A stretch of DNA of 64,000 nucleotides from an uncultured Acidobacteriota bacterium (GCA_963796275.1 CAWCKY010000007.1:704001-768000), one strand, 5' to 3'. Shown: positions 1 to 9,917, counted from the first letter of the stretch. Notes: generated by a model from the sequence alone, not told the origin. Numbers and translations: made by a program.

Positions 1-2237
1 CGGGTGGTTCCAGCACTGTCGAGGATGGCGATCGAGGTCCCCGCGAGCGATGTCGGCAGAGGGTTGGTTGAAGCGACCGCGGTCGCATTTGCCAGGTCGG
101 AGCCGAAAGCGACGGCCAGCGATTCAGGCGCGACCCGAGGTGAGTAATCAGCCTGTGAGAGAATGCCGGTTACCGCAGGCGTCACTGGGATGGAGCCGCC
201 GATGCTCACTATGACCGTGTTTGCCGGTTGTCCATCGACGTTCATCGCGACATCAACCGTTCCGCGTCCACTTAGGCTTCGATCCAGCTCTATATTGACC
301 TGGTCGATTCCGAGAGCGCCAGTCGTTCCGGCGAATGTCACCGGGCAGCTAACTCCGCCGATATTGACTGAAGGGAGTTCGCTGCGGAACCGAAAACCAG
401 TGCCATAAAGACCCAGTATGAGTCTATCGGTCGGAGGCCCCGGATCAATCGGAACCAGGACGACCCTGCCGAGAGCCGGATCGAACCGGGTGATCTGTTC
501 GTAAACGGCCGTGCCGTTAGCTCTGATTCGGAACAAGAATCCAGACGGTGCACCGTTGATATTCCCATCGACCGTGAACAGAGCGGGTGCCACGTTTTGA
601 ATCTCGAGCGGTGCGATATAAGTACCGCCGGTCTCGTTTCTGACCACGATAGAACCCGATCCAGGCTGTGTTCCGGGAGGCATTTGAAAGTTGACTTGAC
701 CAGGAGAGACATAGGAGAGCGACGCCTGACGTGTAGCTCCTGCGCTGTCGCGTATGGCGACCGACGTCCCTCCCAGTGATATGGGCAAAGGATTGGTGCT
801 TGCTACTACGGTAGAGAAGGCCAAATTGGTGCCGAAAGCGACGGCCAGCGATTCGGGTGCGACTCGCGGTGAGTAATCAGCCTGTGAGAGTACGCTGGTT
901 ACAAAAGGCGCCAGCTGGTTGGGAGGAATGATTTCGACGCCACCGGTCACAATAGTTCTCTGGAGTCCGTTATCGATGACGATATTGCGCGGTCCCAAAG
1001 GAGCCGTCGAATCCACACTGACGATCGCTACGATATATGCGAGGTTTTCGATGGTTCCAAATAATGTCTGAGTAATTGTGATTCCCGGGCCGGAGACGGA
1101 GAGCGGAGTGCCCCATAATGGCAAACCGCGACCTATGACTCCGACAGTCACATTGAATTGTCCCTGGACCAAGGTCGAACCGATTGTGAAAAAGAAGTTC
1201 CCGTCAGGTTCAAGAACCGCGTAGGATTCGAACGCCGGGGCCGCTGGTATCACCTGGAAATCGAACGTGGTGGTAGCTCCCGCATTGACGCCCACCATAA
1301 TGTCCGGGCTCGTCTGAAAATTTGTATTGATGCCAAGCTCGTAAAAGGTTGACAGGTTGATGCGGTTGAAAAATGGGTTGTCGATCGAACCGATAGGCTG
1401 GGCATAGATAGTGTAATTGCCCGAGGGGAGACCTTGAATTGAATATGTGCCGTCTGGTTCTGAGAGCGCGCCGGCGATCGCTATGCCATTGGTATCTACG
1501 GCGACGACGTGAGCACCAAAGATGGGGGTCGCAGCGAACAGATTCTGCACACGCCCGTTGATAGTACCGGTCGATGAGGAGAAATCGGGCGACGGGTAGA
1601 TAACCGAGGCGGCGATCTGATCGTCCGGTGACAGCGAGCGCGCCTGAATACGGCCATCTCCGGTTCGCGGGAACATCGTCGATGCCGCGTTGGGAGAATG
1701 ATCGAGGCCGATGCAGTGACCGATCTCGTGCGTCGCGACCTGTTGAATGTCGTACGCATCCGGTCTGCCATCAGTCGCCCAGGTGAAAAGATTCCCATTG
1801 AAAACGACGAAGAGATCGACGATTTCACCATTGATGGATCCGATAAATGAAACGGCTAACGCATCGGAGATATCGATATCGTCTGTGATCGTCGTATCCT
1901 CCAGCCAAAAAATATCGAATGCATCGGGCAGGTTGGTTTTATCGGACGTAAAACTCGGTCCTTTCGCAAAAGCGATAGTACTGTTCGGAACGTTCTCCCA
2001 GGATTGAAACGATCTGTCGATAGCCTGGTCGACTTCGAAGAAGGGGAGGTCATCGCTTCCGGCTGAATCGAGTCGATAGGTGATGCGACCATTGGATACG
2101 ATAGGCGTGGTCGGATTGGTGAGATTCCATGCGACTGGAGCGCCTGCGTCCGTCCGGATTCGCACGTAAGATTCCGTGGTGTGAATCGAGAGAAGAAGGA
2201 TTGCCACGAAAATAGAGAGTCTTATTATTTGTTTCAT
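1..2237 (-). CDS. Secreted matrixin (M10/metzincin) metalloprotease with carboxypeptidase-regulatory-like and tandem TIGR03437-like domains; 3' end beyond window
   Basis: Not in ORF track because it is open to position 1. Hand translation from ATG 2237 gives signal peptide MKQIIRLSIFVAILLLSIHTTES, zinc motif HEIGHCIGLDH (1698-1730), Met-turn STMFP, and two copies of LSQADYSPRVAPESLAVAFG. RBS AGGAGG upstream. Confidence 0.85.
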   Translation of the reverse strand, partial: MKQIIRLSIFVAILLLSIHTTESYVRIRTDAGAPVAWNLTNPTTPIVSNGRITYRLDSAGSDDLPFFEVDQAIDRSFQSWENVPNSTIAFAKGPSFTSDKTNLPDAFDIFWLEDTTITDDIDISDALAVSFIGSINGEIVDLFVVFNGNLFTWATDGRPDAYDIQQVATHEIGHCIGLDHSPNAASTMFPRTGDGRIQARSLSPDDQIAASVIYPSPDFSSSTGTINGRVQNLFAATPIFGAHVVAVDTNGIAIAGALSEPDGTYSIQGLPSGNYTIYAQPIGSIDNPFFNRINLSTFYELGINTNFQTSPDIMVGVNAGATTTFDFQVIPAAPAFESYAVLEPDGNFFFTIGSTLVQGQFNVTVGVIGRGLPLWGTPLSVSGPGITITQTLFGTIENLAYIVAIVSVDSTAPLGPRNIVIDNGLQRTIVTGGVEIIPPNQLAPFVTSVLSQADYSPRVAPESLAVAFGTNLAFSTVVASTNPLPISLGGTSVAIRDSAGATRQASLSYVSPGQVNFQMPPGTQPGSGSIVVRNETGGTYIAPLEIQNVAPALFTVDGNINGAPSGFLFRIRANGTAVYEQITRFDPALGRVVLVPIDPGPPTDRLILGLYGTGFRFRSELPSVNIGGVSCPVTFAGTTGALGIDQVNIELDRSLSGRGTVDVAMNVDGQPANTVIVSIGGSIPVTPAVTGILSQADYSPRVAPESLAVAFGSDLANATAVASTNPLPTSLAGTSIAILDSAGTT

Positions 2238-2251
2238 AGACCTAATCCTCC

Positions 2252-2824
2252 TTATCGAGTAGACGTAATGCGATTACGAAGTTCCCCAAGCGTAAGGCGA
2301 AAGGGCTTGGGAGATATCTGCTGGAAACCTCGGCCGCCGGGGGCGCGCTCGACGAATGTGATTCCCGATAAGTCCCGTTTGACTTCGCCGTTTTCGACAT
2401 TCATCTTGCCCTGTTTGAGCCCGACGACGATTAAGTCATTTTGCTTACTGCGCGTGGTAAACAACACGACCAGCTCGCCCGCTGTGAATATGGGGCGGCC
2501 CGCAAAATCCCATTTATGTCCGTTTATTTCGCCGCCAGGCTGCGTCACGGTGACGATCTGCGATGAGGTCAGAGACCCTTTGAGCGCCTCATCGATGCGC
2601 ACGAGAATGCGTGTAATGATGCGCGTTCGATCGGCATTCCATACGGCCTCGGTCGAGATCACCTGTCCGTAAATGACATCCGATGAGCGGCGGGTCAGAG
2701 CTTCTACACTCATATATTGCATGACTGTGGCATATACGGGCGCTACCATTGACGCCGCGAGGAGTGAGACTAGCAAGGATAGGCGCAGACGTGCTTTGCG
2801 CGCCGAAGAGGGTTGGTTTGTCAT
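2252..2824 (-). CDS. Exported protein, TIMP/NTR-like OB-fold candidate, probably co-transcribed with the matrixin
   Basis: 190 aa, signal peptide, motif SVEALTRRSSDVIYGQV; 14 bp from the matrixin start. Confidence 0.7.
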   Translation of the reverse strand: MTNQPSSARKARLRLSLLVSLLAASMVAPVYATVMQYMSVEALTRRSSDVIYGQVISTEAVWNADRTRIITRILVRIDEALKGSLTSSQIVTVTQPGGEINGHKWDFAGRPIFTAGELVVLFTTRSKQNDLIVVGLKQGKMNVENGEVKRDLSGITFVERAPGGRGFQQISPKPFRLTLGELRNRITSTR

Positions 2825-3086
2825 TGCGAAAAGACTCCTTTGAGATAGAGAGAGGATGCGCTATCCGGGCCAGGAATGGATCTCGCTTGAACCCCCTCCT
2901 ATACTGTGGGTTGGTTGTTTATGAATAGTCGATACGAAATCCTTTATGAGGGGCTCATGTATGAGGATTCATGGATGAGGTCTCACGAGGACTAAAGTTC
3001 GGCTTGATAGAGTTTGATGAATTGCTACAAACTCTTAATAAACTTACTCGATCTGGAATCAATCAGTCAATCAAATTAATGATTAA

Positions 3087-3641
3087 TCATTCAGTTTTTC
3101 GCAAGAGGTTTGAGTAGAGAGTCCATTTGCCATCGACCAGTCCGGCGACCAGAACATAGGTATGCAAACGGTTGTCTACGCGTATTTTATAGTTCCGTAA
3201 GACATTATCGGGAGGAATGCTCGGCAATGGAATCGAGTGACCTGGCTGCTGGTAGACGGCGTGTGCGAGCGAGGCTAGCTCATCAGGGTTCGCATTTCTG
3301 TCTAACATTTTCTTAGTGATGGAATTGATAACCTCATTTTGTTTGGCGCCTTTTTCGTTGATTTTGTCCAGGATGGCTTTTTTTTCGGCTAATTCACGGC
3401 TAGCCGTTTGAAATTTCATCTCGAAGTCTTTCGCTCTGGTTTCTGACGTCTGGAATTTGTCGTCTGCGGCGCTGTAATTTCGGTACACGACTGTTAGCAG
3501 AAGTAATGAGGCGAGAAATAACGCAGAGATTACAGTCAAAGCGAGTCGCAGGAATGCGCGCTTTTCGGCTTCGATTTGAATCGTCTGCCGTCGAACCATT
3601 TCGAACTCTTGTTGGCTGTACATCATAACGTTTGTGTTCAA
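3087..3641 (-). CDS. Hypothetical single-pass membrane protein with coiled coil
   Basis: One hydrophobic segment followed by a heptad-rich charged region; AT-rich; start may be ATG 3626. Confidence 0.7.
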   Translation of the reverse strand: MNTNVMMYSQQEFEMVRRQTIQIEAEKRAFLRLALTVISALFLASLLLLTVVYRNYSAADDKFQTSETRAKDFEMKFQTASRELAEKKAILDKINEKGAKQNEVINSITKKMLDRNANPDELASLAHAVYQQPGHSIPLPSIPPDNVLRNYKIRVDNRLHTYVLVAGLVDGKWTLYSNLLRKTE

Positions 3642-3673
3642 CCTCTGGTATGTTCAATTCCTGGTATGTTCAA
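3635..3673. repeat. 16-bp-period direct repeat CTGGTATGTTCAA (2 copies plus a partial TGTTCAA)
   Basis: Copies at 3645-3657 and 3661-3673, partial at 3635-3641, between divergent genes. Confidence 0.7.
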
Positions 3674-3849
3674 ACCCTGATTTTTGACTGTTACTCTATC
3701 ATCATGACATAAGCTTAAAGAACGCAAAAGAGTCGCGGTAAATTTCGAAACCGTAATTCGGATCGGACCGTTTAGGTGCATGTATCTCTATGGCAAGCTA
3801 TAATGTAAAACTGAAAACAATATCAAGAGGTTGTAAAAAACGAACTGCA

Positions 3850-5073
3850 ATGGAACGATCGCATATTTGGGCCATTCTGGCCTTTTTACTACTCATGCCC
3901 CTGTCTTTCTTCATAAGCTCCTGTCGCAGCGGTGAGCGGCCAGCTGCCGCGTCGAAAGATGGCGGGATCACTCTTCCGACCAAAGAAGTGAAACTCTCTA
4001 CGGCGGAGGCTCGCAAACTAACACGAACGATCATCGCTCCCGGCACACTCGCTGCGGATGAACAGGCGACTTTGAGTTTCAAGGTCGCGGGTCGTTTGAG
4101 CGAACTGAAGATCGATCTCGGCACTACCGTTCGTGATCGCCAAATGATTGCACAGCTCGAGACGCTGGAATTCAAGGTACGCCTACAACAGGCCGAAGCT
4201 GCGCTTCAGCAGGCGCGCGTCAGATTGGGTTTGACGCCGGAAGGCACCGACGATCGAATCAATCCGGAAAATACCTCGCTTGTGCGGGAAGCTCGGGCAG
4301 TCCTCAATGAGGCGCGCCTGACAAGGGAGCGGACGATCCAGCTCTACGAACAGGGGATCCAACCCAAGTCGCAGATGGATCGGGATGAATCGACTTTTCG
4401 CGTTGCCGAGAGCCGGTTCCAGGATGCGGAACAGGAGGTTCGCAACCGGCAGGGCATTTTGCTGCAGAGACGATCCGAACTCGAGATTGCCCGCCAGCAG
4501 CTGGCCGAGGCCGTGCTATATGCTCCATTCGATGGGGCGATCCGCGAGCGCCGCGCTACGATCGGGGAATTCCTGGCTGCCGGGACACCGGTAGCAGTGA
4601 TCGTTCGTCTGCATCCACTCCGCCTGCGCGTCGAGGTACCGGAACGCGAAGTCCACGGTATTCGCATCGGCCAATCGGTCCGGGTCATCGCTGAGGGCCA
4701 GCCCGATCAAGGCTATTCGGGCCGGGTGGCGCGATTGAGCCCGGCCGTTCAGGAACAGAGTCGCACCCTCATCATCGAGGCTGAAGTCGATAATCAGCAG
4801 GGGAGATTGCGCCCCGGATCTTTTGCCAAAGCTGAAATACAAACTAGTTCGACCTCGGATGTGATTATGGTGCCCGCCTCCGCGATCGTGAATTTTGCCG
4901 GGATTCAAAAAGTTTTCACCGTGAAAGACGGAAAAGCGGTCGAAAAGAATGTCATCGTCGGAAAAAGAGAAGATGAGTGGATTGTAGTCGATGGAATAGA
5001 AGCGAACGCACCTGTTGTCATGTCTCCCGGCAACCTCGTGGCTGGTCAGCCCGTCACGGTGAGCGGTCCATAA
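3850..5073 (+). CDS. Efflux RND transporter periplasmic adaptor (MFP) subunit
   Basis: GTLAADEQATLSFKVAGRL, coiled hairpin, LYAPFDG, LRPGSFA; lipoprotein-like FFISSC. ORF track starts at 3790; ATG 3850 preferred. Confidence 0.9.
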   Translation: MERSHIWAILAFLLLMPLSFFISSCRSGERPAAASKDGGITLPTKEVKLSTAEARKLTRTIIAPGTLAADEQATLSFKVAGRLSELKIDLGTTVRDRQMIAQLETLEFKVRLQQAEAALQQARVRLGLTPEGTDDRINPENTSLVREARAVLNEARLTRERTIQLYEQGIQPKSQMDRDESTFRVAESRFQDAEQEVRNRQGILLQRRSELEIARQQLAEAVLYAPFDGAIRERRATIGEFLAAGTPVAVIVRLHPLRLRVEVPEREVHGIRIGQSVRVIAEGQPDQGYSGRVARLSPAVQEQSRTLIIEAEVDNQQGRLRPGSFAKAEIQTSSTSDVIMVPASAIVNFAGIQKVFTVKDGKAVEKNVIVGKREDEWIVVDGIEANAPVVMSPGNLVAGQPVTVSGP

Positions 5074-5213
5074 ATACGGCTATTTTTAGCTGGCGACGGT
5101 ATTTGAAGAGATGGATCATCTCGGATTGAGATTATAGAAACTGTCTCGACAGGAGGCTCCTCTAGGGATTCGGGCGTGGAGAAGTGTCTGCCAATAAACA
5201 CGGATGATTTACT

Positions 5214-6080
5214 ATGCAGGGCGCATTGAACAGGGCCGTTCAGCCAGCTCACTCATTGCCGGCGGAGCCTATGATATCGATTCGGCCGGGCAGGAAATGG
5301 GCTCCCATTGACATAATGTCCTTGTGGTCTTATCGCGAGTTGCTCTATTTTTTGACGTGGCGCGATATTAGAGTACGTTACAGGCAGACATTGTTGGGAG
5401 CGATGTGGGCGGTCACCCAGCCACTCTTCACGATGATCATCTTCACGCTCTTCTTCAGCAAACTTGCAAAAATTCCCTCGGATGGAGTTCCGTATCCATT
5501 ATTCGCGTATGCCGGATTGCTTCCCTGGATATTCTTCTCTAACGCGGTGAATCACAGCAGCAACAGCCTGGTCGGGAACGCGCATCTGATCACCAAAATA
5601 TATTTCCCGCGCGTGCTCATACCAACCGCGTCGGTGGCCGCGGGACTGGTCGATTTTTCTGTAGCATTCGCGATGCTCGCAGTTATAATGGTCTATTACG
5701 GAGTGGCATTGACCTGGCACCTGTTGCTCTTGCCTTTCCTCGTCGTGATGACTGCCGCGCTGGCTCTGGGTGTAGGGATGTGGATGTCCGCGCTGAACGT
5801 GAAGTATCGCGACATCCGCTTCGCATTGCCATTCGCCCTTCAATTGCTGATGTTTATCACTCCTATCATCTATCCCTCGAGCCTGGTTCCCTCGCCGTGG
5901 CGGCAGTTACTGAGCCTGAACCCGCTGGCGGGAATAATTGAAGCATATCGGGCCTCTTTATACGGCATGCCCATCAACTGGCAATCTCTGGCTCTCGCAT
6001 CAGCCGTCGCCTTCCTCCTTCTGGTCCTCTCCTCTTTCTACTTCCACAAGACTGAGCGGACTTTTGCAGATATCGTATGA
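5214..6080 (+). CDS. wzm: ABC-2 polysaccharide export permease (Wzm-like)
   Basis: YRELLYFLTWRDIRVRYRQTLLG, LITKIYFPR, TPIIYP, LNPL; multiple TM segments. Confidence 0.9.
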   Translation: MQGALNRAVQPAHSLPAEPMISIRPGRKWAPIDIMSLWSYRELLYFLTWRDIRVRYRQTLLGAMWAVTQPLFTMIIFTLFFSKLAKIPSDGVPYPLFAYAGLLPWIFFSNAVNHSSNSLVGNAHLITKIYFPRVLIPTASVAAGLVDFSVAFAMLAVIMVYYGVALTWHLLLLPFLVVMTAALALGVGMWMSALNVKYRDIRFALPFALQLLMFITPIIYPSSLVPSPWRQLLSLNPLAGIIEAYRASLYGMPINWQSLALASAVAFLLLVLSSFYFHKTERTFADIV

Positions 6081-6111
6081 GAGATTGGACTGACGAAGTT
6101 TCACCAAGCAA

Positions 6112-7353
6112 ATGAAGCCGATCATCAAAGTCGAAAAACTGAGTAAGAGGTACAGGATTGGTACGGGAGCCTCTCATAGCACGATACGCGATGCGGTTAG
6201 CGGTGTGATCCGATCTCCGCTCAGTTTGATTCGGCGTAACGGCAAATCCGAGGAGCGCACCTTTTGGGCGATCAAGGATGTAAGTTTCGAAGTTATGCCC
6301 GGTGAAGTCGTCGGCATCGTCGGCCGGAATGGGGCAGGCAAATCGACGCTGCTCAAAATACTCTCGCGGATAACGGAGCCGACGGTCGGGCAGGTAGATT
6401 TCTACGGTCGCGTGGGAAGCCTGCTCGAAGTTGGAACCGGCTTCCATCCCGAACTCACTGGTCGCGAGAATATCTATCTCAATGGCGCCATCCTCGGTAT
6501 GAAGAAAAGCGAGATCGAACGCAAATTCGATGAGATAGTCGATTTCTCCGAGATCGAGAAGTTTATCGATACACCCGTCAAGCATTTCTCGAGCGGAATG
6601 TATGTGCGCCTGGCGTTCGCCGTGGCTGCTCACCTCGATCCGGAGATCCTGATAGTCGATGAGGTGTTGGCGGTCGGCGATTTCGCTTTTCAGAAGAAAT
6701 GTCTGGACAGGATGCATACATTCAGCCGGGAAGGGAGAACGGTTATCTTTGTTACACACGATATGTCGGTGCTATCAAAGCTATGTCAAAAGGGCATTTT
6801 ATTAAAGGAAGGCCGTGTTGTCGTTGAAGGTGAAATGAAGTCGGTCATCAAATATTATATGAATTCCGGTGTTACTTCCCGCCAGGAATGGGAGCGTGCT
6901 TCAACCGATGTGGACGGCCGCGGTGTATCTATCCGAAGTGTCAAAGTGATTTCGAGCGAGAATGCTTTGACCGAGATGTTTCAATCCGATGAGTCTTGTT
7001 ATATTGAAGTAACTTATCAGGTCAACGGCCCCGATGTTAGCGGCCGCATTTTGCTAGAGATTGAAACAGGCGAAGGCGAGATCGTTTTAACTACGACGGA
7101 TTGTGATGGAAACGGCGGCATCGATATGCCTCGCGAGCCAGGTATCTATTCATGCCGATGTACTATCCCCCCGCATTTACTGGCTCCCGGAACATATGTC
7201 ATTAACGCCGCCGCGTCTCGGACCGATAAAATGGAATGGGACCGAGTCTCGCAGGCGTTGATGTTTCAGGTTTCCGAAATCGGAAGTTTATATATGGTAG
7301 ATGCGCGGCCGGGAGTGATCGCACCAGTACTGAATTGGGTGCGGCTCTTTTAG
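6112..7353 (+). CDS. wzt: ABC polysaccharide export ATPase with Wzt C-terminal domain
   Basis: Walker A GRNGAGKST, GFHPELTGRENI, SSGMYVRLAF, DEVLAVGD; about 160 aa C-terminal extension. Confidence 0.9.
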   Translation: MKPIIKVEKLSKRYRIGTGASHSTIRDAVSGVIRSPLSLIRRNGKSEERTFWAIKDVSFEVMPGEVVGIVGRNGAGKSTLLKILSRITEPTVGQVDFYGRVGSLLEVGTGFHPELTGRENIYLNGAILGMKKSEIERKFDEIVDFSEIEKFIDTPVKHFSSGMYVRLAFAVAAHLDPEILIVDEVLAVGDFAFQKKCLDRMHTFSREGRTVIFVTHDMSVLSKLCQKGILLKEGRVVVEGEMKSVIKYYMNSGVTSRQEWERASTDVDGRGVSIRSVKVISSENALTEMFQSDESCYIEVTYQVNGPDVSGRILLEIETGEGEIVLTTTDCDGNGGIDMPREPGIYSCRCTIPPHLLAPGTYVINAAASRTDKMEWDRVSQALMFQVSEIGSLYMVDARPGVIAPVLNWVRLF

Positions 7354-7903
7354 GGGGTAGTAGCTAACCGATAAAGAGTTACTGCAACGACTTTCGCATT
7401 ATCGGGGATCAACCGCTGATTCTTGGTCTCGTACCATTCAGGTGGAGGATCTTTGAAGTCCAGTTCAAAGCTCATGCCGATCTCCTCCACGTTCGCATAG
7501 AGCGGCCCCTCTCCGAAATCGATCCATTTCACAGCATACGTTTTTCTGATATCACCGATTGTTGATGCCACTCCGATGCCATTGGCAGTGCGGAACCTGG
7601 CATCGTTCACCTGGATACTATCTACAACCCACGCGCGGTCTTTATCGATCCCGATAACGAACTGTGGCCGCCCTCTCCTTGCTTCGCCGTATATCTCCAA
7701 TATCGGGGCGAACATTCCCTCCGAGTAGGTAGCAACGAGCTTTGTGGAAGAAGGCTCATATCTGGTGTGTAGATCATCGATCGTCATCCCTATCGCTATC
7801 TCTCCCGCCCGATGCTTCATCAGCAGGAAGTTATCCTGAGCATCCGAACGGGCTGCTCCGAAAAATAGCGCGAGACAGGACAGAGCATTGAGAACCGACG
7901 CAT
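7350..7903 (-). pseudogene. Exported hypothetical protein with an apparent 1-bp frameshift in the signal peptide (pseudogene or sequence error)
   Basis: ORF 7350-7820 extends upstream in frame without a start as LSCLALFFGAARSDAQ. ATG 7903 in the adjacent frame gives MRRFSML. One added base near 7883 yields MRRFSMLLSCLALFFGAARSDAQ. Confidence 0.55.
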
Positions 7904-7907
7904 ACCA

Positions 7908-8699
7908 TCACACCATCCCTGCTCGCTGGAAGTAGCTTGTCATTAGCTTGATCCCCTCGAGACCGGGAAGGGTGCCCATCTTTTCGTCCACCTCTTTGAC
8001 GAGATGCGAGCCCAGTTCGGCAGGGAAGAGAACGGAGAAGAGACGCTTGACATCGTCAGGGCTTTTGACACCTGCTCCGACAGGGACCCAGTTAAATTCC
8101 AACAGTTTTCTAGCCAGAATCCGAGCGCCGCGCGATTCGCTGAGCAGTTCACGCGCATGATTGAAATACCAGGCGAAATGCCGCCGTTCCTGCTTGGCGA
8201 TCCGGTCGCACAGAACACTGAGTACCGGATTGCGCGTGAATTTGCGTAGATGTTCGTATCCCCTCAATGTCGTCAATTCCTGAATGGCGCCGAAGGAGAG
8301 ATAGACTGCCGGAAATTGATGATAAAAAATACGTGAAAGCAACGGACCGAAGGCCGCCTCTATCAACTCGTTTAACCTCGCCTTCTGCTTCACCTTTTCA
8401 ACGCGATCTTCCTCGAGCGGGTGACCGCAAGCGGCAAGTAGATTGGCCAGTTCGTATCCATGGAAGTATTCTTCGTAACTCCACGTTGTCAGAAATGCCG
8501 CGACCGTCGGTTTGAACGCGATCTTCATCTGCAACAGCATTCTCATGTAACGTATCGTTTGACTCTCGATATCAGAAAAATATGTCAGCACGAATCTCTC
8601 ATCATCATTCAACCCTACCCGCTTCGCTTCTTCCCAGTCCAGGTCGTGCGTCTCGACCTTTGCAGAAACGGCGATATACCGTTCTATCTCTGAATTCAT
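7908..8699 (-). CDS. Ferritin-like di-iron protein (acyl-ACP desaturase/AurF-like)
   Basis: Two ExxH motifs (EEYFH, QERRH) plus DIES and IQEL carboxylates. Confidence 0.8.
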   Translation of the reverse strand: MNSEIERYIAVSAKVETHDLDWEEAKRVGLNDDERFVLTYFSDIESQTIRYMRMLLQMKIAFKPTVAAFLTTWSYEEYFHGYELANLLAACGHPLEEDRVEKVKQKARLNELIEAAFGPLLSRIFYHQFPAVYLSFGAIQELTTLRGYEHLRKFTRNPVLSVLCDRIAKQERRHFAWYFNHARELLSESRGARILARKLLEFNWVPVGAGVKSPDDVKRLFSVLFPAELGSHLVKEVDEKMGTLPGLEGIKLMTSYFQRAGMV

Positions 8700-8832
8700 T
8701 AACCAGCCTCCCGAATTGTTATTGAATAAGCACAGGACTTGACGTCTGCCATTATTACGAGAATTTCCCCGGGAATGGATGCTATCACCGATTCCTTGTG
8801 ATCTATTTCGATGCGGGAAATCCTTGATAATT

Positions 8833-9897
8833 TCAAATATGAATGATCAAGTCGTGGCCGTGCGCATGGGCGTGCAGGTGGCGATCTTCACGCGCCGATT
8901 TTTGTGAGGCCGGAAATTTCTTTCCGGTCAGCTCCTGATAAACCTTTTCCGCTTGCGCGGTAAGTGAGGGACCGACGTAGCGGGCGATGCTAGTATCCGC
9001 CTGTATCTCTTTGCCAATCTGTCCAACGGAATCGCGGATTTGCTGAGCCGTCTTGTTCGCTTGGGCGAGCGCACCGATGCGGTCGCGCAAAGTCTGGAAA
9101 AACTTCTGCTGTGCCGCCAGCAGGTTCTCCGCATCGCGCGGGCCGTGGCCCGGGCAAACTATGCGGGCTCCTAGTTTGCGCGCGGCTTCCAGAGTGGCGA
9201 TCCACTTTTCGACATTTCCGTCAGCTACATAATTGTAGGCGCCATTGACGCACACATCGCCGGTGAAGAGTATCTTCTCCTTTGGCAGCCATGCGAGGGC
9301 ATCGCCGTGTGTATGAGCCACGCCCAGATGGAGTAATTCGACGCGATGTTTACCGTCATCAAAGATCAACTCCCTGGGGAAGAGCAGCGATGGAGGCTTG
9401 AGCTTGCTCGCTTTGACATCCGGACGTTGTATCGCCGTATCCTCCCAGCGCCCCGGCTTATCGCCATAGTAACCTGTCTCGTATTTCTTCATCTCTTCGA
9501 TGACGCCGGTGTGAGCGACCGGCGTGGCGCCGTTTTCATGCCAGACCTGATTGCCATAGGCGTGATCGCCGTGATGATGCGTATCGAACGCGAATCGTAT
9601 CGGCTTGTCGGTCAGTGCGCGAATCTTGGGTAGAATTTCGAGTGCGCCGGAGGGAAAGTTTGCGTCGATCACTAGCACATAATCGTCGAAGATGATCCAC
9701 CCATTATTGCAGTGGCCCTGCACTATAATATTACCCTGATGGAAGTAGACGCCATCTGAAACTTGATCGACCTTTCCGACCTCAGTTTTTGGCGAAGATG
9801 CCAGAACTTCTTTCTCCCAATCTTCCCAGTCATCCATAGTCAGCCCTAAAAGAGCCGCACTTCCATACAATAGTTCGCGACGTGTGACACGCGACAT
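8833..9897 (-). CDS. MBL-fold metallo-hydrolase (cyclase-like), Tat-type N-terminus
   Basis: THHHGDH, HTHGD, FTGD, CPGHG; N-terminal TRRELL; His-rich tail. Confidence 0.88.
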   Translation of the reverse strand: MSRVTRRELLYGSAALLGLTMDDWEDWEKEVLASSPKTEVGKVDQVSDGVYFHQGNIIVQGHCNNGWIIFDDYVLVIDANFPSGALEILPKIRALTDKPIRFAFDTHHHGDHAYGNQVWHENGATPVAHTGVIEEMKKYETGYYGDKPGRWEDTAIQRPDVKASKLKPPSLLFPRELIFDDGKHRVELLHLGVAHTHGDALAWLPKEKILFTGDVCVNGAYNYVADGNVEKWIATLEAARKLGARIVCPGHGPRDAENLLAAQQKFFQTLRDRIGALAQANKTAQQIRDSVGQIGKEIQADTSIARYVGPSLTAQAEKVYQELTGKKFPASQKSAREDRHLHAHAHGHDLIIHI

Positions 9898-9917
9898 CTG
9901 TTTTCCTCCCCGAAAAT

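Noticed and set aside
163-2672. Short ORFs listed across 163-2672
   Set aside because: Shadow frames of the matrixin gene and its upstream partner.
7908-7910. Selenocysteine or programmed readthrough at TGA
   Set aside because: No evident SECIS and no catalytic context; a 1-bp frameshift in the downstream gene is simpler.
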